Of a DNA stretch of 64,000 nt, positions 48,061-56,662 are shown one piece after another (positions within the stretch are counted from its first letter, which is position 1; the number at the start of each line of letters is the position of its first letter). Made by a program: the position numbers and the translations under genes. Below the pieces are notes generated by a model. It saw only the letters and a program-made list of their open reading frames with translations, had not been told where the DNA came from and made no database searches. Origin of the DNA: a virus. Location: positions 1 to 64,000 of IMG/VR virus record IMGVR_UViG_3300046170_000446, one strand, 5' to 3'.

Positions 48061-48959
48061 TAAGACGCCTTTTGTCTCATAGACTCACCTTTACGGTTGA
48101 ATACTTCAAAGCCGTCTAGATGAAAAACGACGAGGAAATCTAAGTCTTTTATTTCTCTCAGATAGCTGTTCGTCTTTACTGAGCCGTCTCGCATATATAA
48201 GTTGATTAAACTTTGAAAACGACTCGGAGGGGTTGCTCCTTCTGATCCAGAATTCTGCTCTTCTTCCGCTCTCATCTTCGCTATCTTACTTCTAAAAGAA
48301 GGCCCGATAACAAAGTTAAGAGGAGCATGGACGACCATACCTGAAGGCTCCCCTGACACATAACCGTGTCTTCTTGTCTGAATGTAAACACCGATACGAG
48401 ATCTCTTCGATGCGTTACCCATAGACTGACCGAAAGACTCTCTATGAATAACCTCCCCGTTACCTCCAGGTCTTTCCCCTACTAAGATAAAGTGTTCTAC
48501 GCCACCGCCATACTGCTCTAATAAGTTACGGAGTCTCGGTATATCTGCCTCTGTATAATGACCTTCGATCTCATCGAGGGTCGCTAAAGACCCTAAGAAC
48601 TGAAAAGCCATCCAGTTAGTAATCACGTCTTCGTTAGCGTAATGCTTTTCAAAAACGTCCTTGTCGAAACGATGGACACGTAGAAAAGACCGCCCTTTCC
48701 AAGTCCCGTCGATAGCAAAGGTCACCTTGTCTTCTTCGCTCGCTGACTTTACGAGGTATTGAAAAGCCACTCTCTTTGCAGAAGCAGTTTTCTTAGCAGG
48801 CTTGTTAGACCCTGAGCTGATTGAATACTGCTCTTGGCTATCAAGCCACTTTTGCTGATCTTCCTTACTCAAACCGTTAAACCACTTCTTAAACGCTTTT
48901 TTGTCGCCTTTAGCGAACCTTGCTGATCTTCTCATAATCTTAAACCTCTCTAAGAGCAT
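48057..48959 (-). CDS. Putative internal virion protein with KKTAS-AKRVAFQYL-VKSAS tag
   Basis: Tag motif follows a basic N-terminal leader. Confidence 0.75.
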   Translation of the reverse strand: MLLERFKIMRRSARFAKGDKKAFKKWFNGLSKEDQQKWLDSQEQYSISSGSNKPAKKTASAKRVAFQYLVKSASEEDKVTFAIDGTWKGRSFLRVHRFDKDVFEKHYANEDVITNWMAFQFLGSLATLDEIEGHYTEADIPRLRNLLEQYGGGVEHFILVGERPGGNGEVIHRESFGQSMGNASKRSRIGVYIQTRRHGYVSGEPSGMVVHAPLNFVIGPSFRSKIAKMRAEEEQNSGSEGATPPSRFQSLINLYMRDGSVKTNSYLREIKDLDFLVVFHLDGFEVFNRKGESMRQKASY

Positions 48960-49013
48960 AATATACTCAGAGAGTATATAGGCTCTTTATACCTGTGCTC
49001 AGAGAGTCAAGAT

Positions 49014-49505
49014 ATGGTAAATAATCCTCCTAAAAAGGAAGGCCACAACAAGATGAAATGTCTAATCAGCGTCTTTAACCAAGAAGGCAAAATCGTATGG
49101 GTCTGTAACAGCGAAGTTGGTAGCCCTGTAAAGAACAATGTTAGCCGTGACCGATGCTGGAAGTACAACTGCAAAGGCCGAAGGCACATACCCCAAAAAG
49201 AAATCGACTTACTAACCGTAGACAGTCCTACGGAGTGTCTAAGTAGGGAGTGTTCAAACAATCTACCTAGCAACAGGAAGAAGTTTTGCTCTACGGAGTG
49301 CAGGATCGTTGAAAACCGCGCTCGCCACAGAGACAAGAACAAAATAAAGCCCCGTAAAAGGCATCTCTTCTGCAATAATATTAAATGCCGAGAAGAGATG
49401 CCTAAAGACCGTTTCAAATACTGTAGCTTTGAATGTGAGCGCCTAGAGAACGCGAGACGCAAAAGGCAAAAGAGAGAAGACCTCAAGAAAGAAAACAGTC
49501 AATGA
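49014..49505 (+). CDS. Cys-rich zinc-finger repeat protein
   Basis: C....C......RKKFCSTEC and C....C......RFKYCSFEC repeats. Confidence 0.7.
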   Translation: MVNNPPKKEGHNKMKCLISVFNQEGKIVWVCNSEVGSPVKNNVSRDRCWKYNCKGRRHIPQKEIDLLTVDSPTECLSRECSNNLPSNRKKFCSTECRIVENRARHRDKNKIKPRKRHLFCNNIKCREEMPKDRFKYCSFECERLENARRKRQKREDLKKENSQ

Positions 49506-49900
49506 GACTTTAAAACGTAGACCTCTACATCAACATCGCCATTCCCATGCGTGGCTTTACGCACTGAGTATTGAAGAAGTTTCAACCTATTCCATTTGTA
49601 AAGAACCTCTTCAGTAGGCTTTTTCATTTGATACCCTCTCTCGAAGTTGTAAGTGCTCACCTTAACTAACCTTTTAAGACGGTCGTAGTAACACTTGTGT
49701 ATCTGTGAGTAAGGGACGATGTGCTCCATCTCTGTTTTTATGTGCCTTACTTCTTTTACAGGGAAGGTACAACCTTTCGATTTGGGTACAGACCAAACTA
49801 CAACCTTAGGTTCGTTTAAGCTGATTTCCGCCAACACAAAAATACTCATTGCTAATGAAAGCATTGAGAGAGCAGAAAATATACCCATTTCCATTTTCAT
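49499..49900 (-). CDS. Membrane-anchored hypothetical protein
   Basis: N-terminal TM helix. Confidence 0.7.
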   Translation of the reverse strand: MKMEMGIFSALSMLSLAMSIFVLAEISLNEPKVVVWSVPKSKGCTFPVKEVRHIKTEMEHIVPYSQIHKCYYDRLKRLVKVSTYNFERGYQMKKPTEEVLYKWNRLKLLQYSVRKATHGNGDVDVEVYVLKSH

Positions 49901-49919
49901 CGTTCACCACCTAATCGTT

Positions 49920-50063
49920 TTAGGTGAGCTGTCTTATTTTATCAGAGACAGCTTTATTCTCCACGGCTGATCCCTGAGTAGGCTCAGCCGTCTTTAGAGT
50001 CTCTACGATCTCTTTATAGAGAGCCTTAGCGAGTTTCTTAGTGTCAGGGTCACAGGGCTCCAC
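49920..50063 (-). CDS. Small hypothetical protein (47 aa), below the track cutoff
   Basis: GTG start, VEPCDPDTKKLAKALYKEIVETLK...; fills the gap between genes. Confidence 0.4.
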   Translation of the reverse strand: MEPCDPDTKKLAKALYKEIVETLKTAEPTQGSAVENKAVSDKIRQLT

Positions 50064-50079
50064 TAAGAGCTTATACAGC

Positions 50080-50358
50080 TTATTCTCGTCCACCATTTGA
50101 TTTCCTCTTCCGCACGTTTTCGTAAGTCCTGTCTCTGAGGCTATACCATTGGCGCTTAGTCATCAACTTACTCGCACATCTATTAGAAGAGGGAAAATCT
50201 GAAGACTTAATCTCCCCTATGCCGAAATAGGTAACTTTATCCCCATTCGCGCATAAAGTTACTCGCACCTCCCGCCTTGAGTCCATCAAGTAAAGCACTG
50301 TAAAAAATGAAATAACGACTACTAGGAAGTTAAGATTATCATTGTTCTTAAACTTCAA
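50080..50358 (-). CDS. Small membrane-anchored protein, paralog of 50355..50639
   Basis: TM + C...Y.G....C...MTKRQWY. Confidence 0.7.
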   Translation of the reverse strand: MKFKNNDNLNFLVVVISFFTVLYLMDSRREVRVTLCANGDKVTYFGIGEIKSSDFPSSNRCASKLMTKRQWYSLRDRTYENVRKRKSNGGRE

Positions 50359-50639
50359 CGGACACCTCTAGGTCTTGGGAAACCTGGATAGGTTTGACCT
50401 AAAAGCCTTTTAATCTCAAACCATTCATTTTTTGTCATAACGTGCTCTTCACATTCAAAGTTTTTCATCTGAGGTAAAGACTTTGTGAGGTCGAAGTAAT
50501 CTCTCTCTCGCCCGATAAAATGATAGCCTGCTTCGCTGGGACACATCACGACAGTAATCTCCTGTGTGTAGTAAAAGTATGCTATTAAAGCAGAGACGGA
50601 GAGGATTAACACGACTCCTAAAAGGTTATCTAAGTCCAT
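50355..50639 (-). CDS. Small membrane-anchored protein, paralog of 50080..50358
   Basis: TM + C...YHFIG....C...MTKNEWF. Confidence 0.7.
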   Translation of the reverse strand: MDLDNLLGVVLILSVSALIAYFYYTQEITVVMCPSEAGYHFIGRERDYFDLTKSLPQMKNFECEEHVMTKNEWFEIKRLLGQTYPGFPRPRGVR

Positions 50640-50675
50640 TTTCTTTTTTCTTTATGCGTATGTGTGTGCAAAGGA

Positions 50676-50748
50676 TGGGCAGTCAGGGATTTGAACCCTG
50701 GATCGCTCGTTTATGAGACGAGAGCCTTAACCGCTTGGCTAACTGCCC
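50676..50748 (-). tRNA. tRNA with CAT anticodon (elongator Met or Ile2), no encoded CCA
   Basis: GGGCAGT acceptor, CTCGT-CTCATAA-ACGAG anticodon arm, CAGGG-TTCAAAT-CCCTG T arm; G1:C72 paired so not initiator. Confidence 0.92.
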
Positions 50749-50978
50749 ATAACTGATTTCTCTACACTAGAAGTCTCTAAGAGAGTGTCTACTTTTTCAA
50801 TTTCTTCAGAGCTGAAGTATTTAGTCGAGCGCATGACGGCTTCTGTGGTCAACTCTAAAAGCCCGTACTTTGTCTTCAAATACTGACCTCCGACAATCAC
50901 GCACTCAGTACCTTTAGGTAAGACTACGTACTCTACGCTACCTTTCTTCCTCAGCGCCACTGCTTCCTTCACCCACAT
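50739..50978 (-). CDS. Hypothetical protein (3' end overlaps tRNA by 10 nt)
   Basis: 79-aa ORF. Confidence 0.6.
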   Translation of the reverse strand: MWVKEAVALRKKGSVEYVVLPKGTECVIVGGQYLKTKYGLLELTTEAVMRSTKYFSSEEIEKVDTLLETSSVEKSVMGS

Positions 50979-51342
50979 CTTCTACCTCCTCCAAAAACAC
51001 ATCTAAATCTTCACGAGATACGTAAATAGGATAACCCGCTCCTAGAGAGCCCTCGATATTGTAATAGTAATACTCAAGAGCTTCTTCATACGCGGTGTCT
51101 TCAGACTCCCCGTAAGTAGGGTCACTTAGCCAAGACTTAGCGAGTATATCTATTATCCTATCCTTATCGTAGACAGCTACCCTGTACCCATTAACGTGAG
51201 ACATTCCTACTAGGGCGCTGTCGTACATTTTTCTTGGTAAAAAAACAACATTATCGCCGTCGTAATCTAATAGCTCAGGGGTGGGGCGCGCGCTCTGAGA
51301 CTCAGGGGCATTCATCTTCTTTATGACCTCAAGACACCACAT
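50938..51342 (-). CDS. Hypothetical phage protein
   Basis: YDSALVG....AVYD..RII..L....EEALEYY.YNI.G motif, which I recall from other phage ORFs. Confidence 0.8.
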   Translation of the reverse strand: MWCLEVIKKMNAPESQSARPTPELLDYDGDNVVFLPRKMYDSALVGMSHVNGYRVAVYDKDRIIDILAKSWLSDPTYGESEDTAYEEALEYYYYNIEGSLGAGYPIYVSREDLDVFLEEVEDVGEGSSGAEEER

Positions 51343-51365
51343 AGTGCTTATCCTTTGCGTAAGAA

Positions 51366-51437
51366 TGGGTCGTCAGGGACTCGAACCCTGAACCAATGGA
51401 TTAAAAGTCCACTGCTCTACCATTGAGCTAACAACCC
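51366..51437 (-). tRNA. tRNA-Lys(UUU), no encoded CCA
   Basis: GGGTTGT acceptor, GTGGA-CTTTTAA-TCCAT, CAGGG-TTCGAGT-CCCTG. Confidence 0.95.
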
Positions 51438-51572
51438 AAAAGGGCTTTCAGTTAATGCCCTGAAGTGTATCCTGTCAAGACGTTACTTTAAAACGTGATA
51501 AAGTATCGTGCTTACGGTCAAGATGTAAAAAAACACGGAGATGTTAGGCAGTATCTGTTCAGCAGGCATCTC

Positions 51573-51830
51573 TCAATAGTCCTCAAAGCCCTTAGCTTGA
51601 AGATTAGACACCTTCACGTCTTGAGAAGAAGCGACCTCTGAAAACACCTCTTCGGCGCTCTCCCTTGACTTACACGACAAAGACATTCCGAAAAGAAATT
51701 CTTCACCGTTACCGTAAACATCAATGAAGCAGGTGTTATTGGGAGTTGTTGTTAAAGTAACCGCTACCTCTGTACACCTCTCACCCCACGCAACGTCCGT
51801 AGTAGGAGCGGTCTGCTTCTTAACTATCAT
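51573..51830 (-). CDS. Hypothetical protein
   Basis: 85-aa ORF with AGGAG RBS. Confidence 0.7.
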   Translation of the reverse strand: MIVKKQTAPTTDVAWGERCTEVAVTLTTTPNNTCFIDVYGNGEEFLFGMSLSCKSRESAEEVFSEVASSQDVKVSNLQAKGFEDY

Positions 51831-51969
51831 TTGATCTCCTAATTTTCTTTACTACTCGCTCTAAGATTATAACAAGCCTTGAAGACACTCGATGTATTTG
51901 AACACCTAACAATACAAACCCTGCACTGGATAACATAGCAAAGAGCGCGTCGAGGTCTACACCGTCCAC
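51820..51969 (-). CDS. Small single-TM protein
   Basis: GTG 51969 after AGGAG; MDGVDLDALFAMLSSAGFVLLGVQIH...basic tail. Confidence 0.55.
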   Translation of the reverse strand: MDGVDLDALFAMLSSAGFVLLGVQIHRVSSRLVIILERVVKKIRRSNDS

Positions 51970-51986
51970 TTTTAGGGCTCCTTTTA

Positions 51987-52058
51987 CGCGCCTGGCAGGG
52001 GTCGAACCTGCGACCAATGGCTTAGAAGGCCACTGCTCTTCCACTGAGCTACAAACGC
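51987..52058 (-). tRNA. tRNA-Arg(UCU), no encoded CCA
   Basis: GCGTTTG acceptor, GTGGC-CTTCTAA-GCCAT, GCAGG-TTCGACC-CCTGC. Confidence 0.95.
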
Positions 52059-52141
52059 CTAGAGTTAGATTAAAGCACCGCCTTAAGCCATGCTCCGTAA
52101 ACATCTATACCACCCCGACCAAGACCGTCAACCCTAATCGC

Positions 52142-53380
52142 TTAAATCTTACGCACCCTGCCTCTCTTGTCTACAAGGTAAGGCTGATCCTTCAAATAAA
52201 TCATATCTAGCGTTACGTCTAAGAAACGATAACCTTGAGTGAAACGATTGTAGGGGAAGCGCCCTCTTACTCGCCCTTTCCTGTAAGGGAAGCCTTTAAC
52301 CACTCTAAAACAAGCCGTAACAGCCTCTCCCTCAAGTGGAAGCCCATCCTCTTCACTTACTTTGAGGAACGTGCGAGAAACAACAGGACGGCGACCACTC
52401 TTAGTAATCTTAGGCTTGCCTAAATTGAAGAACCTCAAGCTACCTGGGATCTCTTTAAACGATCCAAAGAGAGTTGGGTTCTTTATCTCAAGACCTTTAT
52501 GCTTAAGTGAATAGGTGCTCAGACGGCTTGGGAAACAGAACAGCTTAGAGGGGAGAGCTTTCCGCTGTCTCTTCATATCGCTTAGAAGAGCTTTGTGCTC
52601 TCGACTCTTCCTAAAAGTCTTCCTTTGTAGAGGAGTCATAGGCTTGGTAAGGAACTGTTTTCTGCTCACAGCATCTAGTTTACGGAAGTCACGTAAGCCT
52701 TTAAAGAAACACCTAGCCTTCTCGTAAGAGTAATATCTTGAAGAGAGGTAGGTGGTGTGGGATGCGCAAGAGGGTAGGTATTTGAGAAAATTAAGATCAG
52801 AAGAATACCTCGACTCCTTAAAGACCTGAGCCGACTCAGGGATCGTGAGCTTTATAATACCGCTCTCTTGGTTAATCTCTACTTGTGCGTGCTCAATCCT
52901 GTCGGAGATTAAGGTAGGGAATACGATCTCCCAACGAGCTATCGTAGGTACAGAACGGCTTAAAACCCTCTGTCTAATATCTTTAAAGCTCCCTGCCCGT
53001 AAAAGTGGGGTAGACTCTCCCTCGTATAAGATAGGGACTATTCCGCTTAAGACTTGGAAGTACCTCTCTGCCGTTAAATCTTTAGGCTCTGAGGGTATTT
53101 CTTCCCTGTAGGGCTCTAAGCGCCTCCCGTCTTCGTAAGTGGTAGCCTCTAACCTAACAAATAGATAAACGGAGATCGCCACCCGATTAAGATTACTTGA
53201 TACCTTAATCTTGTATTTGACTGTAAAGAGGCGCTCTTCAAAGTAATCCTCGGAAGGTGATTTCTCAGTGATTGAAGGCGGGAGGCTTGGGACATGGATG
53301 CGTAAAACCTCAGCAGAAGCGGTGAGTGTTATTACAGACGCCAGCGCCGTTGTAAGGACTAATCTACAATATGGGGACAA
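52142..53380 (-). CDS. Basic secreted/periplasmic hypothetical protein
   Basis: Signal peptide ending ASA/E; GGAGG RBS. Confidence 0.7.
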   Translation of the reverse strand: MSPYCRLVLTTALASVITLTASAEVLRIHVPSLPPSITEKSPSEDYFEERLFTVKYKIKVSSNLNRVAISVYLFVRLEATTYEDGRRLEPYREEIPSEPKDLTAERYFQVLSGIVPILYEGESTPLLRAGSFKDIRQRVLSRSVPTIARWEIVFPTLISDRIEHAQVEINQESGIIKLTIPESAQVFKESRYSSDLNFLKYLPSCASHTTYLSSRYYSYEKARCFFKGLRDFRKLDAVSRKQFLTKPMTPLQRKTFRKSREHKALLSDMKRQRKALPSKLFCFPSRLSTYSLKHKGLEIKNPTLFGSFKEIPGSLRFFNLGKPKITKSGRRPVVSRTFLKVSEEDGLPLEGEAVTACFRVVKGFPYRKGRVRGRFPYNRFTQGYRFLDVTLDMIYLKDQPYLVDKRGRVRKI

Positions 53381-53418
53381 AAGATCCCTCCTTTAAGAAA
53401 AATGAAAAGAGCCAGATT

Positions 53419-53707
53419 TCACTCAAAAGAAGACACGGCTTGAGCTTGCCCGCCTTTCGTGAGCATCAGGCTTTTGATTTTGCATCTGACCTGCTCAGAC
53501 CTTAAATCACAGAGGTGGGCGGAAAAGAAAACAATAAAACCCAAACCTGAGAGCACGCCTGCTCCGCGTATACTGCCCACCGAAGCAGAAAAAAAGCACA
53601 CCTGAGAGGATTAGCCAGCCCATAGTCTTCAAGGCTAAGCTAGCTCGATCTGCCTTAATCTTCTCTAACATTAGTAGTCTCAAGTTTTCCACGTATTCGG
53701 AGCTCAT
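53419..53707 (-). CDS. Two-TM small protein (one surplus base in T7 run near 53589-53595)
   Basis: Track ORFs 53507..53707 and 53419..53601 join into ...GWLILSGVLFSASVGSIRGAGVLSGLGFIVFFSAHLCD... Confidence 0.55.
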
Positions 53708-53774
53708 CTATCTTTACCTTAATCCTTAAGCGCGTTAGGTTGTCTTAACCTGTAAATATCCGAGGCGACAGAGC

Positions 53775-54752
53775 ATGGTCAATATGATTGAGAAGTCTAA
53801 CCTTAAAACTTTTTTTTTGAGACTCGTAAAAAGTAAAGGAGGCTTCGTGTGTCACCACGCGCACCTAGACAAAGCCTACTTGGTGACGCCCTATAACCTC
53901 AAACTGTCTCAAAACAGCCTGCAAGAAAAGTGGAATATCTACAGAGAGCTCAAATTTCGCTATACCGAAAACTCTCTTGTAAGCAGGATGGAGATGGGTA
54001 TCGCCTCTCTTAAAGAGCAGGGAGTCACCAAATGCAGAACCTTCATTGACGCAGACCCTATCGTCGGGCTCACACCAATGAAAGTAGCTCAAAAATTGAA
54101 GGAAAAACACGCTAAAGAAGGTTTTGACCTCCAACTCGCCGTACAGCCTTTGGAAGGTGTCGTACAGCCTGAAGCGCGGAGAATATTTACAGAGGCTTGC
54201 GAGATAGCCGATGTGGTAGGTGGACTCCCCGATAGAGACGAGTCTCCCTCTTTACACATGGACATCATTTTATCCATAGCTAAAGAAATGTCGAAACCCG
54301 TAGACGTACACGTAGGGCAAAACAACATTCCGTCAGAGAAGGAGTCCGAGATGGTGGCGGATAAAGTCTCTGAGTATGGTTTAGAAGGTGAGGTTAATCT
54401 CGTCCACGCTATTTCTTTAGCCTGCCAGCAGAAGAGTGATCGGGAGCGCGTGATCTCTAAGATTAGAGACGCGGGTATAGGTGTCATAGTGTGTCCGAGC
54501 GCCGCTTTAAGCATGAAGCAACAGAGCGACCTGACCGCGCCCATCCACAACTCTATAGCTCCCGTGATGGAGTTAATCGAAGGGGGAGTAGACGTAATGT
54601 TAGGAGTGGATAACATCGCTGACTTATTCATGCCTCTAGTCGATGGTGACTTGTGGTTTGAGAGCCGTATCTTAATGGAGGCTATTCGATGTTATGATTT
54701 GGAGCTCATCTCAAATATTGTGTCTAATCCGCGAGGCTTCTCAACTACGTAG
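53775..54752 (+). CDS. Metal-dependent amidohydrolase, cytosine/creatinine deaminase-like
   Basis: HAHLDKA, GVT..RTFID, VVGGLP, DVHV, VHAISL, VCPSA, LGVDNI. Confidence 0.88.
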   Translation: MVNMIEKSNLKTFFLRLVKSKGGFVCHHAHLDKAYLVTPYNLKLSQNSLQEKWNIYRELKFRYTENSLVSRMEMGIASLKEQGVTKCRTFIDADPIVGLTPMKVAQKLKEKHAKEGFDLQLAVQPLEGVVQPEARRIFTEACEIADVVGGLPDRDESPSLHMDIILSIAKEMSKPVDVHVGQNNIPSEKESEMVADKVSEYGLEGEVNLVHAISLACQQKSDRERVISKIRDAGIGVIVCPSAALSMKQQSDLTAPIHNSIAPVMELIEGGVDVMLGVDNIADLFMPLVDGDLWFESRILMEAIRCYDLELISNIVSNPRGFSTT

Positions 54753-54832
54753 CTCACGTCGAAAAAACGATCAGGTTTTCTCCCTCTATCCTCTAGTTGA
54801 AAATACGAGTGAAGGCTGGAGAGGGTAGGGAC

Positions 54833-55234
54833 ATGAGCATAACTGACTATATCAACTTCTTATACAGAGGATTTATCCACTGCTGTCAAAGAAAAAGCTC
54901 TCTTCATGAGAGCTTTAAGATTATGTGGCTTTTCTTAGACTGTTGGTTTACAGGCCACCTTGAAGACTTCGTAGACGTGTGCTCTGAGAACCTTGTTTTC
55001 GGCTTAAAAGACATCAGACCGTTACCCAAAGTCGATGACCTTCAGGACTTTGCCATAATTCTATGTTGGAACAGATCTTGTACTCTTTGGTTTTGTCCGA
55101 ATACAAGATTAACCACTGTTAAAGAGGGATCAGAGGCGCTAATCCGCCATTGGGAATGGAAGATCGCGAGCGGTGACTTAGAGGTGGTCGAGATAGACCC
55201 TCTTATTGTTCAGGATATCCTTAACCCTGAATAA
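54833..55234 (+). CDS. Hypothetical protein
   Basis: ATG 54833. Confidence 0.6.
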   Translation: MSITDYINFLYRGFIHCCQRKSSLHESFKIMWLFLDCWFTGHLEDFVDVCSENLVFGLKDIRPLPKVDDLQDFAIILCWNRSCTLWFCPNTRLTTVKEGSEALIRHWEWKIASGDLEVVEIDPLIVQDILNPE

Positions 55235-55463
55235 CCCAATCAGGCTTCTCGCGCTCTCCGAGCTTGACTCCTCGACCCCAAGCGTAACCTTCTTTGAAGG
55301 CAACCGCTTTGTCGCTCAAGTCGCTTTCTTCGTACTTATCTTGCTCACTCAAGGTGTAGCCCCAAATGTAGCCTTGCTGGAAAGCGAGAGGGTCTTTAGA
55401 GGGTAGCTCTCCCATGTTCATGCGGAGTATCTGAGGTGTATTTGACGTTTTCATCATTGGCAT
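55221..55463 (-). CDS. Hypothetical protein
   Basis: AF.QGY.WG repeated twice; GGGAG RBS. Confidence 0.7.
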   Translation of the reverse strand: MPMMKTSNTPQILRMNMGELPSKDPLAFQQGYIWGYTLSEQDKYEESDLSDKAVAFKEGYAWGRGVKLGEREKPDWVIQG

Positions 55464-55483
55464 GGCGAGTGCTCCCGTTAGTC

Positions 55484-56662
55484 TTAGTCATCCTCTAATC
55501 CGTCGAGAATAGACGGATCAGCGCCCTCGTCGGGTTCGACCTCTCCGTCTCCAAACTGTTGAGTAAGTAACGGAGAGATGTGACTAAACAAAGTGTCGCT
55601 CAAACCTTTCTCATCAATCGCAGAGCGGAAAGCCGCGTAACCACAGCATTTGATCTCCTCCCCATCAGGAGTCACCCACGTATACCACGCGCCTTTCTTG
55701 CTGATAACATTATAGTTAGTGCCTACCTCGATGATAGAGCGCACGTCATCAATCCCGCTCCCATGCGAAAGCCAATACTTCATCTCATGGAACACGGATG
55801 AGCTGACTTTACACTTATCGAGCTTCGCAATGACATTAGTAGCTGTTACTTGCTCCTCAGCCTTACCTAAAAGAGGGTTGAACATCTTCGCCCGCTCTTT
55901 ACCTGCGACACGTAAGCCCATACGGACACAAGAATAATACTGCCAAGCCTTACCTCCCTGCACTTCCGTAGTCGGCCCCATACCCATACCACCAATCTTA
56001 GAACGGAGTTGAGAGATCGCGATGACCGCTGTACCGCTCTTTGTGATAAGGCGCTTGAAGCGAGGGAGGAAGTTAGACCACTTTGAAGCGAGCAAGCCGA
56101 TGCGACCCTGCTGACCAATTTCTTCGTCTTTGGCACGAAACCATTGCTCAGGCACACCCGCGCCTACAGAGTCGATAACAATAAGACTTACACCAGCTTT
56201 CGCATAAGCCCACATCAGGCGGAAACCCTCTTCAAGGGTATCAGGTTGATCAAGGATGAAATGGTTCTCGTCTGCGATAGGGATACCGATAGCCGCCGCA
56301 TAAGAAGGATCAACCTCGTTCTCAAAGTCGATATAAGCGCAAGCCTCTCCCATGCGGATTACAGAAGCGCAGGCTTCAAGTGCCGCTGTAGTCTTACCTG
56401 CGCCTGGATTGCCGTAAACATTAGAGATACGACCGCGAGGCCAACCTGGACATGGAGGCACACCAAACTGATTAGGACGACCGCCGATGAGGTAGTCTAA
56501 TATTACGCTCCCTGTAGGGATATGGGGCGCTGGCTCTCTTAAAAGATCGTCGTTGAGAGGTACTTTAGAGTCCTCGTAGTTCTTACCCAACGACTTTTTG
56601 AGCCCTTCGCGAGCTTTTTGGATGGGAGAGATAGGCTTACTTTCTGTCTTCTTTTTTGGCAT
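55484..56662 (-). CDS. recA: RecA recombinase
   Basis: IPTGS..LD, PRGRI, GNPGAGKTT, YIDFE, IVIDSV, SQLRSKIG, GGKA..YY, KKGAWY. Confidence 0.95.
   Translation of the reverse strand: MPKKKTESKPISPIQKAREGLKKSLGKNYEDSKVPLNDDLLREPAPHIPTGSVILDYLIGGRPNQFGVPPCPGWPRGRISNVYGNPGAGKTTAALEACASVIRMGEACAYIDFENEVDPSYAAAIGIPIADENHFILDQPDTLEEGFRLMWAYAKAGVSLIVIDSVGAGVPEQWFRAKDEEIGQQGRIGLLASKWSNFLPRFKRLITKSGTAVIAISQLRSKIGGMGMGPTTEVQGGKAWQYYSCVRMGLRVAGKERAKMFNPLLGKAEEQVTATNVIAKLDKCKVSSSVFHEMKYWLSHGSGIDDVRSIIEVGTNYNVISKKGAWYTWVTPDGEEIKCCGYAAFRSAIDEKGLSDTLFSHISPLLTQQFGDGEVEPDEGADPSILDGLEDD

Noticed and set aside
50676-52058. tRNAs as prophage attachment sites
   Set aside because: No integrase or duplicated tRNA 3' end seen, and phage-type genes continue on both sides.
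51820-52104. 94-aa ORF as listed in the track
   Set aside because: Its 5' part is tRNA-Arg; the plausible CDS starts at GTG 51969.
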